In this document: in pieces, positions 7,223-16,300 of the stretch
How the letters are laid out: every line of letters starts with the position of its first letter
Numbering within the stretch: position 1 is the stretch's first letter
Virus record (IMG/VR): IMGVR_UViG_3300045424_000028
Coordinates: 1 to 37,485 of that record
Length of the DNA: 37,485 bases
Reading direction: 5' to 3' (one strand)
Origin: a virus
Lineage: Duplodnaviria; Caudoviricetes
The notes under the pieces: model-generated
Told to the model about the DNA's origin: nothing
The model's database searches: none
What the model saw: only the letters and a program-made list of their open reading frames with translations
Translations under genes and position numbers: made by a program

Positions 7223-7366
7223 CATTTCCGACCTATCTGATAGAGTTCGGATTACCGAGATGGACGGAATCCACCTAGGGCTGTCAATGCCTGAAAGAAA
7301 CAACGACTAGCATATTCGTTGTGCAATTTGACAATATGCCCAACACCAACAACGACAGGAGAGTCC

Positions 7367-7813
7367 ATGAATAAGGACCAGTCAATCATTACCCAAGTTG
7401 CAGCAAAAATTGCTGCTGACCTTACACCAAAATCAGATGATGTTTCAACCAACATCACCCAATGGGCGACAGCGTTTGACGCTGTTCGTGAAGCATTGTT
7501 TGATGCTCACGCATTTGGCGAAATGGTTGCAACACCAGCAACAACATACACACAGCCTGTAGAACAGCAAGTACAGATGGTTGCCAACGCCTTCCCAACT
7601 GCTACGACACAGCCGTCAGGCATGGTAGGTTCAATCCGTATCAAGGGAAGCCAGCATGGTCCAATCCCTGAATGGCTTGTATCCGCTTGTGCCAAAGATG
7701 GTGTCACAGAAGTGTGGGACAATCGTGACGGACTTGCTGTAAACCCTAAGCGTCCTTGGTTCAAGGCTGTACAGGGCGACCAAGCCTATTGGGAACCAAA
7801 GGCTCGCAAATAA
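7367..7813 (+). CDS. Hypothetical replication-module protein
   Basis: AGGAG RBS before ATG 7367; between the nuclease and the helicase; C-terminal VWDNR...KRPWFK motif. Confidence 0.75.
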   Translation: MNKDQSIITQVAAKIAADLTPKSDDVSTNITQWATAFDAVREALFDAHAFGEMVATPATTYTQPVEQQVQMVANAFPTATTQPSGMVGSIRIKGSQHGPIPEWLVSACAKDGVTEVWDNRDGLAVNPKRPWFKAVQGDQAYWEPKARK

Positions 7814-7839
7814 TATAACCAACTACCACTAGGAGCAAT

Positions 7840-8946
7840 TTGGAAACACCAACCGAATTTGCTGACCGATGGGCGCAACTTGGGCGTGGAGAGAACATCT
7901 CCACGCCTGAGCCGTCTGTGGGACCAGCATCAAACACATATTACAAACCCCTAATTGGAGCCGTGGACGAGTATGTTCATTGGGCACAAAACCCAGCCGA
8001 ACGCATCTACTTAGGTTTCCCCGAACTTGACCACGAAATCCGTGGCATAGCACCAGCAGAAATGTGCATCATCAACGGATACAGCCACTCAGGTAAAACA
8101 TTATTTTTATTGCAGATACTTGTAGCAAACGCCGACAAGCCTGTTATTTATTTCTGTCCTGACGAGCCACGCACATTAACGCTAATCAAATTGGCTTGTG
8201 TAATGCACGGTGTTGACGCTGCCTATTTGGAATATCAAATTGAACATCAAGACCCAGAAGCGATTGCGCTGCTCAAGCAGACAGCCGTGGAACACTTCCC
8301 CAATTTGGCTGTCTTTGACCAGTTCATGACACTTAGCGACATGGAAAAAGCCGTAGGCGAAATACAAGACCTATGGGGCAAGCCATCGTTAATTGTATTT
8401 GACTATTTGGAATTGCTGAACTCAGGCGATGGCGATGTGCCCAGCAAAGCCAACACGCTCAAAGCGTTTGGCAAGCGACACAATGTGCCGTTGCTTGTGT
8501 TGCATCAGTCGTCCCGTACCGCAGGTTCCGAAGGCAAGAAGATGACAATATCATCTGGCGCTTATGGTGGCGAACAGCAGGCTACACACATCGTTGGTGT
8601 ACGCCGTAAGCGTTTTGAAATAGAAGCACAAATCCGTGAGATAGAAGAAAAACTAGACAAGAACACCGCCTCAGAACGGTTGCTTGAACGGTTGGATGTC
8701 TTGCGTTATGAACAACGCATACATCAACACACCATCACTATTAACCTTGTCAAATGCAAGCGCCCATCATCACAACTACTGGATGACATGGACTTTGAAA
8801 TTGAACAAGGCACAGGCAGACTCACACGCTTAACAAACATATTGCCCACAGCAATGTGGCATAGCGAGGACATGAAGCAATACGACACCGAGGTTGACAA
8901 CAGTGCTACCGTGGATGTTAACTTGTTTGAGGACGACTGGATTTAG
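7840..8946 (+). CDS. dnaB: DnaB-like (SF4) replicative helicase
   Basis: GFPELD..IRGI, Walker A GYSHSGKT, IVFDYLELL, LLVLHQSSR, GGEQQAT, LVKCKR; acidic C-terminal tail; TTG start with AGGAG. Confidence 0.85.
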   Translation: METPTEFADRWAQLGRGENISTPEPSVGPASNTYYKPLIGAVDEYVHWAQNPAERIYLGFPELDHEIRGIAPAEMCIINGYSHSGKTLFLLQILVANADKPVIYFCPDEPRTLTLIKLACVMHGVDAAYLEYQIEHQDPEAIALLKQTAVEHFPNLAVFDQFMTLSDMEKAVGEIQDLWGKPSLIVFDYLELLNSGDGDVPSKANTLKAFGKRHNVPLLVLHQSSRTAGSEGKKMTISSGAYGGEQQATHIVGVRRKRFEIEAQIREIEEKLDKNTASERLLERLDVLRYEQRIHQHTITINLVKCKRPSSQLLDDMDFEIEQGTGRLTRLTNILPTAMWHSEDMKQYDTEVDNSATVDVNLFEDDWI

Positions 8947-8954
8947 GAGATGAA

Positions 8955-9866
8955 ATGTACAGCGACATAACAGCAGAAACACTACAGGCAGGGTTCATCA
9001 CCCTGTTTCGTGGCAGAGCAGATGTTTACGGACATGACGAAGGACGATGTGTTAAAGAACCACTGGATACTAGTGTGTTCCATCAGCATCTGACAGGTGG
9101 CAACAGCATCGGTGTGTACCCCATTGTCCCGACCCAAGGCGACTTCAAAGTTGTGTGGGGATGTTCAGACATTGACATTGAAGATATTGTTCGGGCTACC
9201 AATTTGCGTGACGCACTAAAAGAAGCAGGTGTAACATCCTATGTGGAACGGTCACGCTCCAAAGGTTATCATGTTTGGGTATTTGCACCTGAACTTGTCC
9301 ACGCTAAAGACATGCGCCGTATGTTTCTTGCTGCCCATCAGGTTGCAGACATACCACCCATTGAAGTAAACCCCAAACAAGAAACACTGAACGGCACCAA
9401 CTACGGCAACTATGTCAGGCTCCCATACCCTAATGGTCTGAATGAAATGCCCCTCAGGCGTGTCATTCTTGACCGCAACAATCAACCAGTCCCTATGGAT
9501 ATGTTCATCCCTTATGCTCTTGAGCATCGCACAGACCCCACGCTGATTACCAAATTGGCTGGCTACTATACGGAGCCTGTGTATCAACACACGGCTCCAT
9601 TGCAGATGGACACACCCACTAGCGTTCGTGACGCACTAACCAACCTGAGTCCTTTGGGCAAGGTTATTTGGCGTGACGGACCATTGCCTAGCAAGGACAG
9701 GTCAACGACCCTGAGCCACCTTGGGCATGAGTGTGTGCGTAGTGGGCTTAACCCATCTGAGACTCGCACAGTGATAGCCGATGCCGATAGGCGTTGGGGC
9801 AAGTATCATCTGCGTACAAACGGAGACATGGAAATAGACAAATTAGTTATGAGAGTATTCCGATGA
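8955..9866 (+). CDS. AEP-superfamily primase (TOTE-type domain) with helical C-terminus
   Basis: FRGRADVY, IGVYP, CSDIDIED (DxD), ERSRSKGYHVW, GNYVRLPY. Confidence 0.85.
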   Translation: MYSDITAETLQAGFITLFRGRADVYGHDEGRCVKEPLDTSVFHQHLTGGNSIGVYPIVPTQGDFKVVWGCSDIDIEDIVRATNLRDALKEAGVTSYVERSRSKGYHVWVFAPELVHAKDMRRMFLAAHQVADIPPIEVNPKQETLNGTNYGNYVRLPYPNGLNEMPLRRVILDRNNQPVPMDMFIPYALEHRTDPTLITKLAGYYTEPVYQHTAPLQMDTPTSVRDALTNLSPLGKVIWRDGPLPSKDRSTTLSHLGHECVRSGLNPSETRTVIADADRRWGKYHLRTNGDMEIDKLVMRVFR

Positions 9867-10216
9867 AAAAACCATTCACATTCACCATCACAGGCATGCC
9901 ACGAGCAAAAGGCAGACCACGGATGACACGCCGTGGGCGTGTCTTTACGCCTATGGCTACGCACGAGGCTGAAACAATAATTGCGGAGCAATATATTGCG
10001 CAAGGCGGAACCAAATTTGAAGGTCCAATTTACCTTGAAGTTGACTTCCACGGACAAAGCACTGTAATTACAGTTGCAGAATCCGAACTGCCACTCAGCA
10101 AATTGCGTGGCGATGTTGACAACTACTTGAAGTTAGTTATGGACGGGCTTAACGGTATTGCGTGGGATGACGATAAGCAGGTCGTTATAATTTACGCAGC
10201 CAAAATAGACGAATAA
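9863..10216 (+). CDS. rusA: RusA-family Holliday junction resolvase
   Basis: PRAKGRPR, GDVDNYLKLVMDGLNGIAWDDDKQV; ATGA overlap at 9863. Confidence 0.93.
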   Translation: MKKPFTFTITGMPRAKGRPRMTRRGRVFTPMATHEAETIIAEQYIAQGGTKFEGPIYLEVDFHGQSTVITVAESELPLSKLRGDVDNYLKLVMDGLNGIAWDDDKQVVIIYAAKIDE

Positions 10217-10260
10217 CCTTGACACACCCCCACCTAGAGATTGTTAGTGTATAATAATAC

Positions 10261-10728
10261 ATGGCTAAGAACTTATCAGACTACGACATTCCTGCTCGTA
10301 GATATGATTTTCAAGAGGACTTAAAGTTTGGTCACAAGGGCGAAGCCTTGGTGACCGAGTTTCTTGATGCTCTTAGTGGGGGTGCCTTTGAGGTTAAAAC
10401 AGACCGCTACAGGAATGGTCGCATGGTGATTGAAACATCCCAAAACCCTAGACGCAAATTAGATGATGAAGGTAACGCATTCTGGAAGCCGTCTGGCTTG
10501 ATGGTTACCAAGGCTGCATGGTGGGTGTATGTTTATACATTGGATGGGGGCGAAGGCGCTTTCATTGTAGTCAATGTTAAACGCATGAAGCGTTGGCTTA
10601 AAGTAAATAAGAAGATTATAAAACTTAAAGAGTTTGCATGGTCATCTAGTAACCCGTCCAAAGGTTATTTGTTGGAACCTGAACAAGTTATGGATATGCT
10701 GATAAATCAGGATTACGATGCTGTTTGA
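10261..10728 (+). CDS. PD-(D/E)XK-fold putative nuclease, probably leaderless
   Basis: DLKFGHKGE...FEVKTD...IET...PSGL..TKA.WW; TATAAT at 10250-10255 only 5 nt before the ATG; no SD. Confidence 0.7.
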   Translation: MAKNLSDYDIPARRYDFQEDLKFGHKGEALVTEFLDALSGGAFEVKTDRYRNGRMVIETSQNPRRKLDDEGNAFWKPSGLMVTKAAWWVYVYTLDGGEGAFIVVNVKRMKRWLKVNKKIIKLKEFAWSSSNPSKGYLLEPEQVMDMLINQDYDAV

Positions 10729-11533
10729 ACCGCCAGCCAAAGTTAATGTACATAACCCCACAGAACTATTGATGTCCCCATTTGTACATGACCTTGACAT
10801 TCGTGATTGGGAAACCATTGAAGCCGTTGCTGACTGCATGGAGCAACTAGCAGACCCACACAAATCCATTATAGAACTGGTTTTTTACCATCGTGTACCT
10901 TACAGCCAACTTGCGCCGTTGCTTGGTACTAAAGCCAAAAGTTACGCATGGCGACAAGCGCAAAAAGCCATCACCGAATTTGAAAAAATACTATTGGAAC
11001 ACCCAAAGATAAAGGAAAAATATATGACATTTGACAACTGGAATGATAACGCCAAAAAAGAATTGGATTATTTCTACAGCAAAGAAAAAGAACACGAAAC
11101 AAACATCAATGAAGATGCAATCTCCATTGATTTATTGAAGCCCCAGAAAATGCTCGCCAACTATATTGACGACCTACAATTTGGGGAAGGCGTAACCACC
11201 GTCAGCGTGTTGTCAGCCTTTGATGTTACAGGCTACCTCAGTGCTATTTACTTATCTAGCAAAGGCGTGGACAAACACGACATGCTTGAGTTGTTAGTGT
11301 CCAAGCAACATGACTATGGGCATCGCAACATTACGCTCACTGGCTTTGTCGGGTTGGCTGTCAGGATGTGCGATAAAATCGCACGACTGAACCACCTGTT
11401 GGAGTACCGTCAGGGTAACAGTAGCAACGAACCTATTTTGGATACTTGGAAAGACATCCTTGGGTATTCAGTTATCGCACAGATGATGGCGAACTGCACA
11501 TTTAAAACACCACTGAAAGAAGATATGAAATGA
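10718..11533 (+). CDS. Sigma region-4-like HTH fused to DUF1599 (nucleotide-modification-associated domain 1)
   Basis: N-terminus MEQLADPHKSIIELVFY..VPYSQLAPLLG...AWRQAQKAI; C-terminus KQHDYG...GLAVRMCDKIARL...EPILDTWKDILGYSVIA. Confidence 0.7.
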   Translation: MLFEPPAKVNVHNPTELLMSPFVHDLDIRDWETIEAVADCMEQLADPHKSIIELVFYHRVPYSQLAPLLGTKAKSYAWRQAQKAITEFEKILLEHPKIKEKYMTFDNWNDNAKKELDYFYSKEKEHETNINEDAISIDLLKPQKMLANYIDDLQFGEGVTTVSVLSAFDVTGYLSAIYLSSKGVDKHDMLELLVSKQHDYGHRNITLTGFVGLAVRMCDKIARLNHLLEYRQGNSSNEPILDTWKDILGYSVIAQMMANCTFKTPLKEDMK

Positions 11534-11727
11534 GCGAACAGCAACCAACATGGGCTGACCTTGGTGAGCCACAACCTAAAATGATGATGGCATCCATATT
11601 GGCTATCATTATGTTTTTGAACAACCTATTTCCTGATTCACAACAAATGATTATGGAAGCCACAGATTCAATCTTGGATAGCATGGAACAAGTGAATGAA
11701 GAAAATAACGAAGCACCAACTGAGTGA
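11530..11727 (+). CDS. Hypothetical acidic protein
   Basis: ATGA overlap with the upstream gene. Confidence 0.7.
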   Translation: MSEQQPTWADLGEPQPKMMMASILAIIMFLNNLFPDSQQMIMEATDSILDSMEQVNEENNEAPTE

Positions 11728-11848
11728 ACTAGAAGAACTGCTAAAGATTCTTGACTACTCGTTAAAAGCAAATGGCGCTCCGCTAAGTCTGATACGCAAT
11801 GTTGAAGATGTACACAAATCAATCAACCACCTCAGGGGTAAGAAGTAA
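11696..11848 (+). CDS. Small hypothetical protein (50 aa, not in ORF track)
   Basis: MKKITKHQLSELEELLKILDYSLKANG...HLRGKK*; fills the operon gap; TAATG coupling to the next ORF. Confidence 0.6.
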   Translation: MKKITKHQLSELEELLKILDYSLKANGAPLSLIRNVEDVHKSINHLRGKK

Positions 11849-12018
11849 TGGGAAAATTTAGAGGACCAGAAGAAATCCCGATGAAGATTCGCAATCGGAA
11901 AGAACTTAAACCATCAGCCGAAATGACAGACAAAGAACTACTGGCTGACGCTATTCGTTTATACGAAAAACAAACAGGTAAAAAATATGACAACAATAGT
12001 CGCAATCCAAGGCGATAA
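11848..12018 (+). CDS. Small hypothetical protein (56 aa, not in ORF track)
   Basis: MGKFRGPEEIPMKIRNRKELKPSAEMTDKELLADAIRLYEKQTGKKY...RR*; translationally coupled. Confidence 0.6.
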   Translation: MGKFRGPEEIPMKIRNRKELKPSAEMTDKELLADAIRLYEKQTGKKYDNNSRNPRR

Positions 12019-12595
12019 CTATGCACTATTGGGGACCGATTCACGCATTTCATCCTTTGATGAAAGCGGAATGGCATTTCAAATTACAACCCTTGGCTCT
12101 GGCACATCCAAAATTGGAACCAACGGCAAATACTTATTGGGTGCAGCAGGCGATGTTAGAGCAATCAACATCCTACAACACGCCTTCACACCACCAGCCC
12201 CTGCACCCACATTGCGTGGACGGAAACTAGATGGCTTCATAACAAAACAGTTTGTCCCTGCTTTACGGGACTGTTTTGAAATACAAGGCTACGCCAGTCC
12301 ACAGAATGATTCATCCAGCCATGTTGCTGAACAAGGCTCAACAATCATGGTGGTAGTTAACTCCATGATATATGTAATAGAAGGCGACTACAGTTGGACC
12401 AGTGATGTTAACGGTATTTATGCCATTGGTACAGGAGCACCGTATGCGTTGGGCGCACTGCAAGTGCTAGCCCACGGCAAGAAATCCACCATTGCACAAG
12501 CACGGACAATAGCAAACAAAGCCTTAAATGTGGCATCTAAATTTGACCCGTACACAGGCAGCCCATTTGCAACATACATTCAGGAAAGCAAATGA
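11987..12595 (+). CDS. HslV/proteasome-beta-like Ntn threonine protease
   Basis: N-terminal (M)TTIVA with Thr1 nucleophile, TDSRIS, SKI, GAAGD, YAIGTGAPYALGAL, DPYTG. Confidence 0.88.
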   Translation: MTTIVAIQGDNYALLGTDSRISSFDESGMAFQITTLGSGTSKIGTNGKYLLGAAGDVRAINILQHAFTPPAPAPTLRGRKLDGFITKQFVPALRDCFEIQGYASPQNDSSSHVAEQGSTIMVVVNSMIYVIEGDYSWTSDVNGIYAIGTGAPYALGALQVLAHGKKSTIAQARTIANKALNVASKFDPYTGSPFATYIQESK

Positions 12596-12846
12596 GCAAC
12601 GAATACCCGTTCGGGTTTGACCCTGAAGATATAGAAGAAATGGCTAACATACTTGATTATGTAGTTGGCAGCCATGTTGAAAGTTATGTTATCCAATTTG
12701 AAATACCATCACAAGGTGCCAAACGCCTCATTGAATACTACGAAAAAGCAATATTTGGGGACACCAAATCCTTATCAATATGCATGTTTGAGTTCGGCAA
12801 AATAATTGAAGAACTAAAAGAACAAATTATATACGATGAAGAATAG
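12592..12846 (+). CDS. Hypothetical acidic protein
   Basis: AGGA RBS, ATGA overlap; last + strand gene, its 3' end overlaps the endolysin gene. Confidence 0.75.
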   Translation: MSNEYPFGFDPEDIEEMANILDYVVGSHVESYVIQFEIPSQGAKRLIEYYEKAIFGDTKSLSICMFEFGKIIEELKEQIIYDEE

Positions 12847-13303
12847 GTGTAGCGTTTTTCCACATCGTCTTAGTAGTTTCAATATGCAACCACTTAGACC
12901 ATGACTGACCCATACCGTGGCTGTTCGGCTCCTGCTTTTTCCAGCCACCATTTTTGTCGTGCGCACGAGAAGCAATCCAAATACGGCAACCAGCATAGTC
13001 GCCAATCATCTGAATACCAAGTTGTGCACTATTTGCAATCAACATGGGCAACACAACCGACTCCACCTTTTGTCTGTCCATAGCGCCGTAGTTCCAGTCC
13101 AGCGCAGCCCCAAACGAATGAGAACTAGGTGCAGTACCACCCCTGATTGGGCGCTTCTGATATATACCAACATTTTGTCCATGCCAACGGTCCACTAAAT
13201 AATCTTTTAATGCAACCAAGTTAGGGCTAGCAGTGCGAAACTTGACTGAATCAAGTTTCGTTGCTTTCTGCCAATTATAATAATCGCTGTCATTAACTGT
13301 CAT
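12827..13303 (-). CDS. Endolysin-like Zn peptidase (M15/VanY-fold)
   Basis: R...SSHSFGAALD (SxHxxGxAxD) and distal WLHIE. Confidence 0.8.
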   Translation of the reverse strand: MTVNDSDYYNWQKATKLDSVKFRTASPNLVALKDYLVDRWHGQNVGIYQKRPIRGGTAPSSHSFGAALDWNYGAMDRQKVESVVLPMLIANSAQLGIQMIGDYAGCRIWIASRAHDKNGGWKKQEPNSHGMGQSWSKWLHIETTKTMWKNATPILHRI

Positions 13304-13305
13304 AT

Positions 13306-16300
13306 TTACCCCTGTGGAATATAGCCTGCATCACGCAGTTGTTTAATAAGATTTTGCAAAGCAAACTGGCGGTTAATTAACTCACCACGCTGTTCAGTTG
13401 GTGTCACCTGACGCACAGGAGCACCAACAAACCCAGCCAGCGAGGACAACTGACGGTCAGCATAAGAAGTCTTACCACCAGCAGCCTGAGGAATCAAACG
13501 CTGAATTTTAGCAACACTAGGAATCAAGTTACCAGTAGCATATTGCAACTTAGGATTAATCATAATTTTACCCTGAGCATTGGTGCTAGTTTGACCAAAC
13601 GGTGCACCAATAAGTGCTGTCAACAAGTCAAGACCTTTAGCCTCAACAGGTTTATTACCAAAAGGAATATCGTTACTGAGTTGGTTACTGCCCATTAATT
13701 CAATAGGTAACTTCAACAATGGGTTCAAGTTACCAGCCAACCTTTTAGGGTTAGATAACAATTCAATTTGCTGTTTAAATTGGTTCATTGGCAAGTCAGG
13801 ATTCAAAACCCAATTACCACCCAAACCAATAGGATTAGTAGCAGCCAACCATTTAGGCATTACAATATTACTATTAACAGGTGCGTTGGAACGCAAATGG
13901 TCATACATGGCGTACACCTGTGGACGAGTCCACATGGTAGCCATTTGTAACGGAACATTACGGCTAGTCCAAATCCAGAACGGAACAAACTTCTTCATCT
14001 GGACATCCAATTTAGATAAATCAGTATAGTCAAAATGGTATCTAGATACACGACCTGCAGCCTCGTCAAAGGACAATCCAGCACGGACATCACTGAGAGC
14101 CATAGCAAAACGAGCCGAGAACTCAACACCTTCGTTGAACTTCATACTGCCTCGTGTAGCCTTATTGTTTAGAATGCGTCCACCCTTGCCACCAAGAATT
14201 GGTTGCATAATATCGTTAACTGTTTGCCCAGCACCTGTACTAGCAATAATTTCCCAAGCCTGTTGATACTCTGCTCTAGTCTTAGGAGCCAACTTCAAAC
14301 TATCAATCCAAGCATCAGGTCCCTTAGTCATATAAGCAGTTGCAGCCTTTACAGCATCAATCATTGATTCAGTTTTGACACCAGCAACATAGTTCATAAA
14401 AGTAGATGACATAGCGTTACGAATAGAAAATCCAGGGGTTAGTGTTGCATAAATCTTAAAGAAGCGATGATACTGTTCATAAGCATTCAACAACTTAGCC
14501 ATCTCTTTAGGATTTTTAAGTTTAACCAAATTAGGATACATTAAATCTTTAATGTCTTTAGGTACTTCAACACCTAAACCAGCAAGCGCATCCCAGCCTT
14601 TAGTTACATCATCAACAAGTTTTCCACCCAGACGACCAGACCTTGCAGCCGTTAAAGTCATCTCAGCCCTAGGAAGGTTTACAGTTTCAAGCATTGCAAG
14701 GTCAGCCTCATCAGCAAACAACTGAGTCACAACACGCTGTAACCCTTCCATTTCCTTATCTCCAAGACGCACAGCCTCATCAATAGAATCCAACATAGCC
14801 TTAGTTTTGCTAGCCCATAACCCAGCAACCTCACCAGCAGGACCCTTGAGGGGACTCCGTTCAATCTGTCCACGCACCAAAGCAAGGTCATGCTGATACT
14901 GCGGTAACGCATTATCAGCCCAACTAGCAGCATCAGCAGCCAAAATATCAGCCTGATTCAATACCCGTGTAGCACGCTCCGCAGCCGTACTAGCACGACC
15001 CACAGTAGAGAACTCACCAGTAGCAGGATTTAACAAACCAGTATTTCGTGCAGTAGATTCTAACTGTGCCAATTTGCGTTCTGCAGCAGCCACCGACTTA
15101 TCAAGTTCAACCAATTTAGCCTCGGCACTAGCCCTAGTATAAGTTACTTTACGGCGACCACCCTTTGCTGTTTTTTCCCAAACAGTAACAACATCACCCT
15201 CAGCAATTTTACCTGTAGCAGATTCAATCTTAGCCCCAAGACGCTTCGCTTGTCCACGCTTAGCAGTCAACTCCGTATTTAATGCTGTGCGTTGTGCAAC
15301 ACCAGTGTCAATACCAGCCCCAACATCAGTCAAAGTCTGAGAAGCAACCTGCTGAGCAGACTTAGCAGCCTCACTACTAGCCATTAAATCAGTCATCTGC
15401 GTAGATGCACGACCCATTGTAGTATCCAAATAAGCAGCATTATCAGATAACAAACTAGGAGCAGAATCTAAATTCTCAGGATTCAACAAACCAGATTGAC
15501 GACCCAATACCAAACTTGCTTCACCTAAATTAGCAGCAGGGTCAAAAACTTGTGCAGGAACCAAAAATCCTGAACCACCCATACCAGAACCATAATTAGC
15601 AAGTCCAACACCTAAAGCATCAGTAGCAACTTGGTCACCCCATCCAGCAGGTAAACCATGAGTATTTTCAAAAGCATTCATAGCATCATTAATGTTGTTA
15701 AATAAATCAACAACTTCATGCTCAGAAATATCTGCACCAACTTGCGCAGCGTCCACTGCAGCAAGACGGTAACTATGGATAGATTCTAAAACATGAGCCA
15801 ACTCAGGGCTAGCACTAGCAAATAATGGGTCAATATATTGAGGACCGTTTTGAAGTACCGCTTCAAGATTGGTAAAGAAATCCTCAGCCAAAGCATTAGC
15901 ACCAAAATTACTTACACCACCAAGACCCTCAGCCTCTTTAATAATCTGTCCAATACCGCTACCAAGCGAATTAGCAAATGCATCAGCCTCGCTAGGAAGC
16001 GTAATGTCAATAACATCAGCAGGTGCACGCATAGCAATAACTTGGCTAGGGTCAGCGCCCTGTTCCAAAACAGACTTGGGATTAGTGTCCAAAACTACAG
16101 CAGCACCACCCTGTGAAGGTTCACTAGCAGGCATATATACCAAACCATTATCAGTGTATGGTGCAGTATTCATAGCGTTAGTCAAATTGTTATAACTATC
16201 AATTTGCGTTCCAATATCAGCCAACTCAGCCTCAAGAGTTACATACTCCCTAGACGCTTGCTTGCCTTCAGCAGCAAGGCGATTCAGCCTTGCAGTAGTT

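Noticed and set aside
7237-7300. Hammerhead ribozyme (CTGATAGA, CTGAAAGAAA)
   Set aside because: Does not match the CUGANGA...GAAA...UH core with three closing stems.
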